64,000 nucleotides of DNA from a bacterium (lineage in GTDB: Bacteria > Pseudomonadota > Gammaproteobacteria > Burkholderiales > Thiobacillaceae), in contig WOUQ01000004.1 in assembly GCA_009772925.1 (NCBI GenBank), positions 18,592 to 82,591 on the forward strand, written 5' to 3'. Both the position numbers and the translations under genes were made by a program. Within the stretch, counting starts at the first letter, position 1. The number at the start of each line of letters is the position of its first letter. Below, piece after piece: positions 11,661-21,586 of the stretch. A model generated the notes under the pieces. The model ran no database searches and was not told the DNA's origin. It saw only the letters and a list, made by a program, of their open reading frames with translations.

Positions 11661-12407
11661 ATGCTCATCATTCCCGCGATCGATCTCAAAGACGGCCAGT
11701 GCGTGCGCCTCAAGCAGGGCGAGATGGACAGCGCCACGGTGTTCTCCAGCAACCCCGCCGACATGGCCGCGAAGTGGCTGCAGGCGGGCGCCCGCCGCCT
11801 GCACCTGGTGGATCTCAACGGCGCCTTCGCCGGCAAGCCGGTCAACGAGGCGGCGATCAAGGCCATCGTCAATACGGTGGGTGATGACATTCCCGTGCAG
11901 CTGGGCGGCGGTATCCGCGATCTGGACACCATCGAGCGCTATCTGGATGACGGCATCACCTACGTCATCATCGGCAGCGCGGCGGTGAAGAATCCGGGCT
12001 TTCTGCACGACGCCTGTACCGCCTTCCCGGGCCACATCATCGTCGGCCTGGATGCCAGGGACGGCAAGGTGGCGGTCGAAGGCTGGTCCAAGGTGACCCA
12101 CCACGACGTCATCGACCTGGCCAGGAAATTCCAGGACTACGGTGTGGAAGGCGTGGTCTACACCGACATTGGCCGCGACGGCATGCTCTCCGGGGTGAAC
12201 ATCGAAGCTACCGTGCAACTGGCCCAGGCCCTGACCATCCCGGTCATCGCCAGCGGCGGCATCACCAACCTGGACGATGTGCGTCGGCTGAGCGCAGTCG
12301 AAGGCGAGGGCATCATGGGCGCCATCACCGGCCGCGCCATCTACGAGGGAACCCTGGACTTCGCAGCCGCCCAGGCCCTGGCCGACGAGCTTTCCGGCAA
12401 CAAGTAA
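11661..12407 (+). CDS. hisA: ProFAR isomerase
   Basis: 248 aa, begins [17 protein letters not shown], typical HisA. Confidence 0.96.
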   Translation: MLIIPAIDLKDGQCVRLKQGEMDSATVFSSNPADMAAKWLQAGARRLHLVDLNGAFAGKPVNEAAIKAIVNTVGDDIPVQLGGGIRDLDTIERYLDDGITYVIIGSAAVKNPGFLHDACTAFPGHIIVGLDARDGKVAVEGWSKVTHHDVIDLARKFQDYGVEGVVYTDIGRDGMLSGVNIEATVQLAQALTIPVIASGGITNLDDVRRLSAVEGEGIMGAITGRAIYEGTLDFAAAQALADELSGNK

Positions 12408-12419
12408 GGGAAGACCGAA

Positions 12420-13190
12420 TTGGGCCTCGCCAAGCGCATCATTCCCTGCCTCGACGTCACCGCCGGCCGCGTGGTGAAGGGAGTCAACTTCGTCAACCTG
12501 CGCGACGCCGGCGACCCGGTCGAGATCGCCCGCCGCTACGACGAGCAGGGGGCGGACGAACTGACCTTCCTGGACATCACCGCCACCTCCGACAACCGCG
12601 ACCTGATCCTGCACATCATCGAGGACGTCGCTGCCCAGGTCTTCATTCCGCTCACCGTGGGCGGCGGCGTGCGCGCCGTCGAGGACGTACGTCGGCTGCT
12701 ACACGCCGGCGCCGACAAGGTCTCCATCAACACCGCCGCCGTGTTCAACCCGCAACTGGTGAAGGAATGCACCGACCGCTTCGGCAGCCAGTGCATCGTG
12801 GTGGCCATCGACGCCAAGCAGACCGTCTGGGGCGCGCATCCAAAATGGGAAATCTTTACCCACGGTGGTCGCAAGCCCACCGGCCTGGACGCCCTGGCTT
12901 GGGCGAAAAAGATGGAGGAACTTGGCGCGGGTGAAATCCTTCTCACCAGCATGGACCGGGATGGCGCCAAGATCGGTTTCGATCTCAACCTGACCCGTGC
13001 CATTGTCGACGCCGTTAACATTCCCGTCATCGCCAGCGGCGGCGTCGGCAACCTGCAGCACCTGGCCGACGGGGTGAAAATTGGCGGTGCCGACGCGGTG
13101 CTGGCTGCCAGCATCTTCCACTTCGGCGAATACACCGTGGAGCAGTGCAAGCGCTTCATGGCCGAGCAAGACATCGAGGTACGGTTGTGA
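12420..13190 (+). CDS. hisF: Imidazole glycerol phosphate synthase, cyclase subunit
   Basis: 256 aa with a TTG start. [11 protein letters not shown]... typical HisF. Confidence 0.95.
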   Translation: MGLAKRIIPCLDVTAGRVVKGVNFVNLRDAGDPVEIARRYDEQGADELTFLDITATSDNRDLILHIIEDVAAQVFIPLTVGGGVRAVEDVRRLLHAGADKVSINTAAVFNPQLVKECTDRFGSQCIVVAIDAKQTVWGAHPKWEIFTHGGRKPTGLDALAWAKKMEELGAGEILLTSMDRDGAKIGFDLNLTRAIVDAVNIPVIASGGVGNLQHLADGVKIGGADAVLAASIFHFGEYTVEQCKRFMAEQDIEVRL

Positions 13191-13200
13191 GGAAAACGAC

Positions 13201-13590
13201 GTGAGCGAAGCCTGGCTCAACAAGATCAACTGGTCGGCAGACGGCCTGATTCCGGCCATCGCTCAGGACGCGAAGACCGGAGACATCCTCATGGTGGCCT
13301 GGATGAACCGGGAATCCCTGAAGCGCACGGTGGAAACCGGCGAAGCGGTGTACTGGTCGCGTTCGCGAAAGAAGCTGTGGCACAAGGGCGAGGAGTCCGG
13401 CCACACCCAGAAGGTGCTGGAGCTGCGCCTGGACTGCGACGAGGACGTGCTGCTGATGAAGATCGAGCAGGTGGGCGGCATCGCCTGCCACACCGGCCGG
13501 CGCAGCTGCTTCTTCCACAAGCTTGAGGACGGCCAGTGGGTGGCGGTGGACCCGGTGCTCAAGGACCCGCACGAGATCTACAAGCAATGA
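13201..13590 (+). CDS. hisI: Phosphoribosyl-AMP cyclohydrolase
   Basis: ORF 13081-13590 trimmed to GTG 13201 just after the hisF stop. 129 aa, ...[10 protein letters not shown]...CHTGRRSCF. Confidence 0.9.
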   Translation: MSEAWLNKINWSADGLIPAIAQDAKTGDILMVAWMNRESLKRTVETGEAVYWSRSRKKLWHKGEESGHTQKVLELRLDCDEDVLLMKIEQVGGIACHTGRRSCFFHKLEDGQWVAVDPVLKDPHEIYKQ

Positions 13591-13916
13591 GCGGCGCCGC
13601 ATCCGACATCCTCGACCGCCTGGCGGATACCCTGGAGGCTCGCAAGCAGGCCGACCCGCAGTCCTCGTATGTGGCCAAGCTCTACGCCAAGGGCCTCGAC
13701 GCGATTCTGAAAAAGGTGGCGGAGGAGGCGGCGGAGACCATCATGGCGGCGAAGGACGGCGAACGCGAAAAAATCATCTACGAAACCGCCGACCTGTGGT
13801 TTCATTCCCTGGTTCTGCTCGCAAGGCAAGGCATCCGCCCCGACGAGATACTGAACGAGCTGGCCAGGCGCGAGGGCCTGTCCGGGCTGGCCGAGAAGGC
13901 TTCGCGCGCGGACTAG
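13587..13916 (+). CDS. hisE: Phosphoribosyl-ATP pyrophosphatase
   Basis: ORF 13536-13916 trimmed to ATG 13587 (ATGA overlap with hisI). 109 aa, [11 protein letters not shown]... typical HisE. Confidence 0.9.
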   Translation: MSGAASDILDRLADTLEARKQADPQSSYVAKLYAKGLDAILKKVAEEAAETIMAAKDGEREKIIYETADLWFHSLVLLARQGIRPDEILNELARREGLSGLAEKASRAD

Positions 13917-13935
13917 GGCGACGAGAGGCGTAACG

Positions 13936-14271
13936 ATGAGCGACTGCATATTCTGCAAGATCGTGGCGGGAGAGATTCCCTGCCGCAAGCTGTATGAGGA
14001 CGAGGACGTGCTGGTTTTCCACGACATCCACCCCGTGGCGCCGGTGCATTTCATGCTTATCCCCAAGGCGCATGTGGCCTCGCTGGCGGAGTGTGACCAG
14101 AGCCATCGCGACGTCCTCGGCAAGATCCTGTTGCTGGCACCGAAACTGGCTTGGGAGCAAGGTCTCACCGATGGTTTCCGTACCGTCATCAATACCGGCC
14201 GTGGTGGCGGCCAGGAAGTGTTTCACCTGCATGTGCATGTCATCGGCGGCGGCGGACCCCGTCCGTTGTGA
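13936..14271 (+). CDS. HIT-family (histidine triad) nucleotide hydrolase
   Basis: 111 aa, CIFCKI N-terminus and HIT motif HLHVHVIGG. Confidence 0.9.
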   Translation: MSDCIFCKIVAGEIPCRKLYEDEDVLVFHDIHPVAPVHFMLIPKAHVASLAECDQSHRDVLGKILLLAPKLAWEQGLTDGFRTVINTGRGGGQEVFHLHVHVIGGGGPRPL

Positions 14272-14305
14272 CGCCACCCCATAGAGATTTCGTTAGAGGA
14301 GAGAT

Positions 14306-14539
14306 GTGATGGGTACTTTCAGCATCTGGCACTGGTTGATCGTGCTGTTGATCGTCCTGCTGGTATTCGGCACCAAGAAGCTGCGCAACATCGGTGGCGA
14401 CCTGGGCGGGGCGGTGAAGAACTTCAAGCAAGCCATGGGCGAGGAGAAGAACAAGTCGGACGCCGTCGAATTGCCGCGCCAGGACGAGGCCAAGGGCACC
14501 ACCATCGAGGGCGAGGTCAAGGACAGGCAAAATAGCTAG
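14306..14539 (+). CDS. tatA: Twin-arginine translocase subunit TatA
   Basis: 77 aa, [29 protein letters not shown], the canonical TatA/E N-terminus. Confidence 0.95.
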   Translation: MMGTFSIWHWLIVLLIVLLVFGTKKLRNIGGDLGGAVKNFKQAMGEEKNKSDAVELPRQDEAKGTTIEGEVKDRQNS

Positions 14540-14626
14540 TAGCTTGGTAGCTAGTAGCTCGTAGTCTTTGTTTGCGCGCCGCAGGCGCGGAACAATTCAG
14601 CTGCCCGCTACGAGCTACCTGCTACC
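14533..14626 (+). promoter_or_regulatory. Compound stem-loop with a TAG-rich direct repeat in the tatA-tatB spacer
   Basis: TAGCTAGTAGCT occurs twice (14533-14544, 14549-14560). Arm 14546-14564 pairs 17/19 with arm 14608-14626. The loop contains a nested 6-bp GC hairpin (14575-14580 with 14584-14589). The right arm ends 15 nt before the tatB ATG. Confidence 0.6.
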
Positions 14627-14640
14627 CGCTACAAAAAGAT

Positions 14641-15171
14641 ATGTTCGACATCGCCTTCACCGAACTGCTGGTCATCGGCCTCGTCGCCCTGATCGTCATC
14701 GGCCCCGAGCGCCTGCCCAAGGTGGCGCGTACCGCCGGGCAATGGCTGGGACGGCTGAACCGCTATGTCTCCCAGGTCAAGCAGGACATCGACCGCGATA
14801 TCAAGCTGGAAGAGTTGCGCAAGATGCAGCAGGAAATGCGCGAGACAGCGCAAAAATACGAACTTCTGGCCGGCCAGACGGCGCGTGAGGTCGAGGAGAC
14901 GGTGCAGCAGGAGACCGGCCAGATCAGCCGGGTGATGGAGGCCATGAGCACCACCGACGGCGGCCTGGCCAAGCGCGAATACGAGAAGATGCAGGCCGAG
15001 CAGGCGGCCGCAGCGAGCGAGACGCCGCTGGTCGGGAGTCCGCCCGCCGGCGAACAGGCCACTCCGGCCGCGGCGAACGCCGTTACCGCACAGCCGGCTC
15101 CGGCGCTGGACGATGGCGCGGCGCCTGCTGCGTCAAAGCAGCGCGAAGCGCCGGCCGGACGCACGGTTTGA
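14641..15171 (+). CDS. tatB: Twin-arginine translocase subunit TatB
   Basis: ORF 14572-15171 trimmed to ATG 14641 ([30 protein letters not shown]). 176 aa. Confidence 0.93.
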   Translation: MFDIAFTELLVIGLVALIVIGPERLPKVARTAGQWLGRLNRYVSQVKQDIDRDIKLEELRKMQQEMRETAQKYELLAGQTAREVEETVQQETGQISRVMEAMSTTDGGLAKREYEKMQAEQAAAASETPLVGSPPAGEQATPAAANAVTAQPAPALDDGAAPAASKQREAPAGRTV

Positions 15172-15181
15172 GGGTGCGGGC

Positions 15182-16000
15182 ATGAGCCTGGATGGTCAGG
15201 AAACCTTCATTTCGCATCTGATCGAGCTGCGCGACCGGCTGCTGCGCGCGGCCATCGCCTGGATCGTCCTGTTCATCGCCCTGTTTCCCTTCGCCAACGA
15301 CCTCTACACCCTGCTGGCGCAACCCATGCTGGCCAAACTGCCGCAGGGCGGGCAGATGATTGCGACGGAGGTGGTGACGCCCTTCTTCGTGCCCATCAAG
15401 GTGGCCATGATGACCGCCTTCCTCGGCTCCCTGCCGGTCATCCTCTATCAGGTGTGGTCCTTCGTGGCACCGGGGCTGTATGCCCACGAGAGGAAGTTCA
15501 TCCTGCCCCTGGTGGTGGCGAGCCTGTTCCTGTTCGCCCTGGGCATGGCCTTCGCCTATTTCCTGGTGTTCCCCGTCGTGTTCGGCTTCATCATCGGCAT
15601 CGCCCCAGAAGGGGTGGCGGTGATGACCGACATCAATAAGTACCTCGATTTCGTCCTCACCACCTTTATCGCTTTCGGGCTTACGTTCGAAGTGCCCATC
15701 GTCGTCATCGCCCTGGCGCTGATGGGCTTGGTCCAGGTGGAGAAATTCAGGGAAGCGCGTCCCTACGTGATCGTCGGCGCCTTCGTCATCGCCGCGGTGG
15801 TGACGCCGCCGGACGTGATCTCCCAATTCATGCTGGCGGTGCCGCTGTGGGTGCTCTACGAACTGGGGGTGGTGATCGCCGCCTGGCTGGTGAAGAACCG
15901 CCCGGCTCCGGCCGCCGAGGAAGCCTACACTCCCCTGACCGGCGACGAGATGGATGCGGAACTGGACCGCATCGAGGAAGAGCAGAAGAAGCTGAACTGA
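15182..16000 (+). CDS. tatC: Twin-arginine translocase subunit TatC
   Basis: ORF 15113-16000 trimmed to ATG 15182 (MSLDGQETFISHLIELRDRLL). 272 aa, 6-TM TatC sequence. Confidence 0.95.
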   Translation: MSLDGQETFISHLIELRDRLLRAAIAWIVLFIALFPFANDLYTLLAQPMLAKLPQGGQMIATEVVTPFFVPIKVAMMTAFLGSLPVILYQVWSFVAPGLYAHERKFILPLVVASLFLFALGMAFAYFLVFPVVFGFIIGIAPEGVAVMTDINKYLDFVLTTFIAFGLTFEVPIVVIALALMGLVQVEKFREARPYVIVGAFVIAAVVTPPDVISQFMLAVPLWVLYELGVVIAAWLVKNRPAPAAEEAYTPLTGDEMDAELDRIEEEQKKLN

Positions 16001-16028
16001 CGCACCGACACGGTGCATGCCGCCTGAT

Positions 16029-16052
16029 CGCGCCCCTTCGTGGGGCGTTTTG
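16029..16052 (+). terminator. Rho-independent terminator after tatC
   Basis: CGCCCC-ttcgt-GGGGCG hairpin followed by TTTT. Confidence 0.65.
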
Positions 16053-16235
16053 CTTGCAGGGCATGGTTTCCCGCCCGCAATACGGCCCGCCGGCCGTTGC
16101 TGGGGTAATCACCGCAACCCCCGTTCGTGCCTGGCAGATCCACTGATTTGCGCAAACATCCCGGATTCGTGCTGCCTGCCCCAGGAAGAGGCATGGCTCT
16201 TGCTTACCGCTTCTCCGTTTTGATCGGAGAACACC

Positions 16236-17438
16236 ATGGATGCATTCAAAGCGGGCGGCGACGTCTTGTTCATTCTGCTGGGCGCGATCATGGTTCTGGC
16301 CATGCACGCGGGCTTCGCCTTCCTCGAATTGGGGACGGTACGCAAGAAGAACCAGGTCAATGCCCTGGTCAAGATCCTCACGGATTTTTCCATGTCCACC
16401 ATCGCCTATTTCTTCATCGGCTACGGCATCGCCTATGGGGTCGGCTTCATGACCGGGGCGGAACACCTGCTGGCGAAGAACGGCTACGACCTGGTGAAAT
16501 TCTTCTTCCTGCTCACCTTCGCGGCGGCCATCCCGGCTATCGTTTCCGGCGGCATCGCCGAGCGCGCCCGTTTCAATCCGCAATTGGCGGCCACTTTCAT
16601 TCTGGTGGGCTTCGTCTACCCCTTCTTCGAGGGCCTGGTGTGGAACAACAACTGGGGCTTCCAGGACTGGATGCAGGCCAGCTTCGGCGCCAAGTTCCAT
16701 GATTTCGCCGGCTCGGTGGTGGTGCACGCGATGGGCGGCTGGATCGCGCTGCCGGCTGTGCTGCTGCTGGGCGCGCGGCGGGGACGCTACCGCCAGGATG
16801 GCATGATGTCCGCCCATCCCCCGTCCAGCATCCCCTTCCTGGCCTTGGGGGCCTGGATCCTCACCGTCGGCTGGTTCGGCTTCAATGTCATGTCGGCGCA
16901 GACCCTGGAGGCCGTTTCCGGCCTAGTGGCGGTGAACTCCCTGATGGCCATGGTGGGTGGAACGCTGGCGGCGCTGTGGGCGGGACGCAACGACCCCGGT
17001 TTCATCCACAACGGCCCCCTGGCCGGTCTGGTGGCGGTGTGCGCCGGCTCCGATCTCATGCACCCGCTGGGCGCCCTGATCACGGGCGCGGTGGCTGGTG
17101 GCCTGTTCGTGCTAATGTTCACCATTACCCAGAACAAGTGGAAGATCGACGACGTCCTCGGGGTCTGGCCCCTGCATGGCCTGTGCGGAGCCTGGGGTGG
17201 CATCGCCGCAGGTATTTTCGGGCTGCAGGCATTGGGCGGCCTGGGCGGTGTGAGCTTCGGCGCCCAGTTGGCGGGGACCCTGGCCGGGGTAGGTATCGCC
17301 CTGGCGGGCGGTGCGCTGGTGTATGGCGTCCTCAAGGCGGTCATCGGCCTGCGGCTGGATGCGGAAGAAGAGTTCATCGGCGCCGATCTGAGCATCCATA
17401 AGGTTTCTGCCACCGCGGAACGGGAGACCAACTGGTAA
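16236..17438 (+). CDS. amt: Ammonium transporter (Amt family)
   Basis: 400-aa multi-TM ORF with typical Amt sequence (AMHAGFAFLELG, GSVVVHAMGGW). Confidence 0.93.
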   Translation: MDAFKAGGDVLFILLGAIMVLAMHAGFAFLELGTVRKKNQVNALVKILTDFSMSTIAYFFIGYGIAYGVGFMTGAEHLLAKNGYDLVKFFFLLTFAAAIPAIVSGGIAERARFNPQLAATFILVGFVYPFFEGLVWNNNWGFQDWMQASFGAKFHDFAGSVVVHAMGGWIALPAVLLLGARRGRYRQDGMMSAHPPSSIPFLALGAWILTVGWFGFNVMSAQTLEAVSGLVAVNSLMAMVGGTLAALWAGRNDPGFIHNGPLAGLVAVCAGSDLMHPLGALITGAVAGGLFVLMFTITQNKWKIDDVLGVWPLHGLCGAWGGIAAGIFGLQALGGLGGVSFGAQLAGTLAGVGIALAGGALVYGVLKAVIGLRLDAEEEFIGADLSIHKVSATAERETNW

Positions 17439-17470
17439 GCTCGCCTGTCCATCCCTTCGCCATCTCCGCC

Positions 17471-17872
17471 ATGCTGACCCGACGCGCCGAGATCACGCCC
17501 TACCGCACCCTGGACGGGTCGGAAATCCACGAACTCATGCATCCGGATCATCATCCGGTGCGCCGGCAGAGCCTGGCCCTGGCGGTGGTGGCGGCGGGGA
17601 CCGCCACCCGCCCGCATCGGCACCGGGAGGCCGAGGAGATCTACCACATCCTCGCCGGACGCGGCCGCATGACGCTTGGCGGGGAGCAGTTTCCGGTGGA
17701 GGAGGGCGATAGCGTGCTGATCCCGCCGGGCACGTTCCATCACATCGAGAATGTCGGCGCCGGACCCCTCCGGTTCCTGTGTTCCTGCAGCCCGGCGTAC
17801 CGTCACGAAGACACGGAATTGCTGGAAATATCTGACTTCGGGCACTACACAAACGCCGTAGCCTTGTTATGA
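17471..17872 (+). CDS. Cupin-domain protein
   Basis: 133 aa with cupin motifs (HRHREAEEIYHILAGRG, GDSVLIPPGTFHHIEN). Confidence 0.75.
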   Translation: MLTRRAEITPYRTLDGSEIHELMHPDHHPVRRQSLALAVVAAGTATRPHRHREAEEIYHILAGRGRMTLGGEQFPVEEGDSVLIPPGTFHHIENVGAGPLRFLCSCSPAYRHEDTELLEISDFGHYTNAVALL

Positions 17873-17915
17873 TCGCCCCCGTCATTTCCCATGACATCTA
17901 CCAGGAGACCTGACT

Positions 17916-18209
17916 ATGAACAAAGCTGAAATGATTGAGATCGTTGCCGCCAAGGCGAAAGCCAGCAAAGCCGCCACCACGGTGGTGGTCGCCGCCGCCA
18001 TTGAAGCCATCTCCGAGGCCTTGGCCAAGGGGGAGAACGTTCAGTTCATTGGTTTCGGCACCTTCAGCGTGCAGGACCGCAAGGCACGCACCGGCCGCAA
18101 TCCGCAGACTGGCAAGGAAATGAAGATCCCCGCCAAGAAAGTCGTGCGCTTCAAGCCTGGCGCCGCCCTCACCGCCGCCGCCAACGCCAAGGGCAAGAAA
18201 AAGAAGTAA
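17916..18209 (+). CDS. hupB: HU-family nucleoid protein with a short Lys-rich tail
   Basis: 97 aa, MNKAEMIE...GFGTFSVQDRKARTGRNPQTGKEMKIPAKKVVRFKPG, then AALTAAANAKGKKKK. Confidence 0.93.
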   Translation: MNKAEMIEIVAAKAKASKAATTVVVAAAIEAISEALAKGENVQFIGFGTFSVQDRKARTGRNPQTGKEMKIPAKKVVRFKPGAALTAAANAKGKKKK

Positions 18210-18227
18210 GCGGGTCTTGTTCTGGTG

Positions 18228-18256
18228 AAACCGCCGCCGGCGCGCGGCGGTTTTCA
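18228..18256 (+). terminator. Rho-independent terminator after the HU gene
   Basis: CCGCCGC-cggcgc-GCGGCGG hairpin followed by TTTT. Confidence 0.7.
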
Positions 18257-18362
18257 TTTCCGGTCCCCGCCCGGAAGGCGCGGCCAGCGCGGATTTCAAC
18301 CGGGATCACCCGGTCCGCGCCTTGCCTGACGCCCCGCCTGCGTGTATTCTCCGGCCCCTTCC

Positions 18363-18454
<92 letters not shown>

Positions 18455-18461
18455 AAACGTA

Positions 18462-18492
18462 AACGCCCCGCCTGCCGGGGCGTTGGTGTTTT
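18462..18492 (+). terminator. Rho-independent terminator after tRNA-Ser
   Basis: AACGCCCCG-cctgc-CGGGGCGTT hairpin followed by a GGTGTTTT tract. Confidence 0.65.
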
Positions 18493-18559
18493 CGCCTCGG
18501 GTTGCCGCATCCACTCCGGCTCCGGATAATGCGCCCGTCGCCACCCCCAAGATAGCCCG

Positions 18560-19018
18560 ATGGATCCCCAGGCAGCGCCCGATTTCGAACTTGCCGCCAC
18601 TGGCGGCAAGCGCATCAAGCTCAGTGATTTCAAGGGACGCGGCGTCGTCCTTTATTTTTATCCGAAGGACAGCACGCCGGGTTGCACTACGGAAGGTCGT
18701 GATTTTGGCGATCTGCATGCCGAGTTCCAGGCCCTGGGCTGGGACATCCTCGGGATCTCCCGCGACAGCGTGCACTCCCACGAGAGTTTCAAGGCCAAGC
18801 AGGATTTCCCCTTCGACCTGCTGTCCGATCCGGAAGAGAAACTGTGCGAGGCCTTCGGCGTCATGAAGCTGAAAAACATGTATGGCAAACAGGTGCGCGG
18901 CATCGAGCGCAGCACCTTCGCCATCGCCCCGGACGGTGGCATCGCCCGGGCCTGGCGGGGGGTGAAGGTGCCCAAGCATGCCCAGGAGGTTCTGGAATTC
19001 GTGCGGACCCTGGGCTGA
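18560..19018 (+). CDS. bcp: Thiol peroxidase Bcp (peroxiredoxin)
   Basis: 152 aa with peroxiredoxin motif YFYPKDSTPGCTTE. Confidence 0.92.
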   Translation: MDPQAAPDFELAATGGKRIKLSDFKGRGVVLYFYPKDSTPGCTTEGRDFGDLHAEFQALGWDILGISRDSVHSHESFKAKQDFPFDLLSDPEEKLCEAFGVMKLKNMYGKQVRGIERSTFAIAPDGGIARAWRGVKVPKHAQEVLEFVRTLG

Positions 19019-19059
19019 GCCTTCCTACCGCATCCCTCTCTCAACTTCGGACGATCCCG

Positions 19060-20463
19060 ATGGCGCGCAAAACCGGCAAGAACCAAACCAAGCTGTTCGT
19101 ACTGGACACCAACGTCCTGCTGCACGATCCCACTTGTCTGTATCGCTTCCAGGAGCACGACATCTATCTGCCAATGGCGACTCTGGAAGAGCTGGACCAC
19201 AACAAGAAGGGCATGTCCGAGGTGGCCCGCAATGCCCGCCAGGTCACCCGTTTCCTGGACGAAATCGTCAGCCCGGCCGAGCTTTCCATCCAGGACGGCG
19301 CGCCCCTGGCGCCTTTCAGCCACAAGGCCGCCACTGGCAGGCTGTTCCTGCAGACCCACCCCATCTCCAGCGACGTCACCGCCATCCTGCCCTTCAGCAA
19401 GGTGGACAACCAGATCCTGGGGGTGGTGGCCTACCTCAAGGCGCAGCAGCCGGAGCGTCAGGTCATCCTGGTCTCCAAGGACATCAACATGCGCATCAAG
19501 GCGCGTGCCCTGGAGATCCCGGCGGAGGATTACTTCAACGACAAGGTGCTGGAAGACACCGACCTGCTTTACACCGGTGTCCTCGAACTGCCCGCCGATT
19601 TCTGGGAGAAGCACGGCAAGGGCATGGAGTCCTGGCAGAGGGACGGCCGCTCCTATTACAAGCTTTCCGGCCCGCTGGTGCCGGCCCTGCTGGTCAACCA
19701 GTTCCTCTGGCAGGAGGGCCCCAATCCCTTCCATGCCCGCGTCACCGACGTCACCGGCAATGTCGCCACCCTGGTCACCATCCGGGATTACAGCCACCAC
19801 AAGAACAATGTCTGGGGCATCACCGCCCGCAACCGCGAGCAGAACTTCGCCCTCAATGCCCTCATGGACCCGGACATCGACTTCGTTTCCCTGCTGGGCC
19901 AGGCCGGTACCGGCAAGACCCTGCTGACCCTGGCGGCGGGGCTCACGCAAATCCTGGAAGCGAAGACCTACAGCGAGATCATCATGACCCGGGTGACGGT
20001 ACCCGTTGGTGAGGACATCGGCTTTCTGCCCGGCACCGAGGAGGAGAAGATGACCCCATGGATGGGCGCCCTGGAGGACAACCTGGACGTGCTCAACAAG
20101 CCCGACGAGGAAGCCGGCGAGTGGGGCAGGGCGGCAACCCAGGACCTGGTGCGCAGCCGCATCAAGGTCAAGTCGCTGAATTTCATGCGCGGCCGCACCT
20201 TCATCAACAAGTTCCTCATCATCGACGAGGCCCAGAACCTCACCTCCAAGCAGATGAAGACCCTGATCACCCGCGCCGGTCCCGGCACCAAGGTGGTCTG
20301 CCTGGGCAACATTGCGCAGATCGACACGCCCTACCTGACCGAGGGCTCCTCGGGACTCACCTACGTGGTGGACCGCTTCAAGGGCTGGCCCCATTCCGGC
20401 CACATTACCCTGGCCCGTGGCGAGCGTTCGCGGCTGGCGGACCACGCCGCCGGCATCCTGTGA
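19060..20463 (+). CDS. PIN-PhoH fusion protein (PhoH2/YlaK type ATPase)
   Basis: ORF 18844-20463 trimmed to ATG 19060. N-terminal PIN (LFVLDTNVLLHD), C-terminal PhoH P-loop GQAGTGKT. Confidence 0.9.
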   Translation: MARKTGKNQTKLFVLDTNVLLHDPTCLYRFQEHDIYLPMATLEELDHNKKGMSEVARNARQVTRFLDEIVSPAELSIQDGAPLAPFSHKAATGRLFLQTHPISSDVTAILPFSKVDNQILGVVAYLKAQQPERQVILVSKDINMRIKARALEIPAEDYFNDKVLEDTDLLYTGVLELPADFWEKHGKGMESWQRDGRSYYKLSGPLVPALLVNQFLWQEGPNPFHARVTDVTGNVATLVTIRDYSHHKNNVWGITARNREQNFALNALMDPDIDFVSLLGQAGTGKTLLTLAAGLTQILEAKTYSEIIMTRVTVPVGEDIGFLPGTEEEKMTPWMGALEDNLDVLNKPDEEAGEWGRAATQDLVRSRIKVKSLNFMRGRTFINKFLIIDEAQNLTSKQMKTLITRAGPGTKVVCLGNIAQIDTPYLTEGSSGLTYVVDRFKGWPHSGHITLARGERSRLADHAAGIL

Positions 20464-20582
20464 GTCGGGTTCAAGAAGAAGCGACAGGCGACCGATAACC
20501 CCATCCAGTCATTGCGTTTTTACGCCGGGTTCGCGCATGCGGAGCCGGTAAGCCTTTTTTCAATCCGTCAGAGAGGATCGAC

Positions 20583-21512
20583 ATGTACGCGAACCACCGT
20601 ATCGGCCTGGGTGCCCTCACCCTGGCATTGGCCATGCTCCTCGGGGGCTGCGGCGACAAGCAGGAGGCGGGCCAAACGGCCGATCAGCTGGCGGCCCGGG
20701 TGAACGGCGAGGCCATCACCGTGCCCGAGTTGGAGCACGAACTGGCCAAGCTGAACAATCTGGCGCCGGAACAGCGCCAGGCGGCGGCCAACCAACTGCT
20801 GAAGTCCCTGGTGGACCAGCGCATCCTGGTGCGCCGGGCAATCGAGGAAAAGCTGGACGCCGATCCGGAGGTGTCCTTGTCGCTGGAATCGGCCCGCCGC
20901 CAGATCCTGGCCCAGGCCTATTTGCAGAAATCGACCGCTGCGACCGCCAAGCCGGACGATGCCGCGATCGGCGAGTATTTCGCCAAGCATCCCGAATTGT
21001 TCGCGGAGCGCCGTATCTACCGCCTGCAGGAAATCAACGTGCAAGCGGGGCCGGACAAGCTGGAAGCGGTCAAGGCGCAACTGGCCCAAAGCAAGAACCT
21101 CAACGACTTCGTCGCCTGGCTGAAGGCCGAGTCCATCCCGGCCCGCGTCGGCCAGTCCACCAAGGCGGCCGAGCAACTGCCGCTGGAGATCCTGCCGCGC
21201 CTGCACCAGTTGAAGGATGGCCAGGCCATGACCATGGCCTCAGCCGGCAGCCTCACCATCCTGTTCGTGGCCGGTTCCCAGACCCAGCCGATGACGCAGG
21301 AACAGGCCAGGCCGGTGATCGAGCGTTTCCTGCAGAATGCCCGCAAGCGCGAAGCCGCCGAGGCCGAACTGAAGAAGCTGAAGGAACAGGCCAAGATCGA
21401 GTACCTGGGCGATTACGCCGATGCCGGCAAGGAACCGGCCAAGCCCGCCGAGGCCTCCGCCGCGCCCGCTCCGGCCGGCGCCGGAGGGAATGATCCCCAG
21501 GCCGCCAAGTAA
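20583..21512 (+). CDS. EpsD-family peptidyl-prolyl isomerase-like lipoprotein (SurA/PpiC-related)
   Basis: 309 aa with lipobox LLGGC. SurA-N-like region (ARVNGEAITVPELEHEL...). Resembles the PEP-CTERM-associated EpsD family. Low-complexity Ala/Pro tail. Confidence 0.75.
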   Translation: MYANHRIGLGALTLALAMLLGGCGDKQEAGQTADQLAARVNGEAITVPELEHELAKLNNLAPEQRQAAANQLLKSLVDQRILVRRAIEEKLDADPEVSLSLESARRQILAQAYLQKSTAATAKPDDAAIGEYFAKHPELFAERRIYRLQEINVQAGPDKLEAVKAQLAQSKNLNDFVAWLKAESIPARVGQSTKAAEQLPLEILPRLHQLKDGQAMTMASAGSLTILFVAGSQTQPMTQEQARPVIERFLQNARKREAAEAELKKLKEQAKIEYLGDYADAGKEPAKPAEASAAPAPAGAGGNDPQAAK

Positions 21513-21586
21513 GCCCCTGCCGAGGCGCGTCGCCGGGCCGTCGGGCCCCGCCGCGATGCGCGCTGGCAGAGGCTGTTTCCTCGCGC

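Noticed and set aside
16180-16215. Possible sigma-54 (-24/-12) promoter upstream of amt (TGGCTCTTGCTTACC and TGGCAGATCC...TTTGC).
   Set aside because: The spacing between the GG and GC dinucleotides does not fit GG-N10-GC in either candidate.
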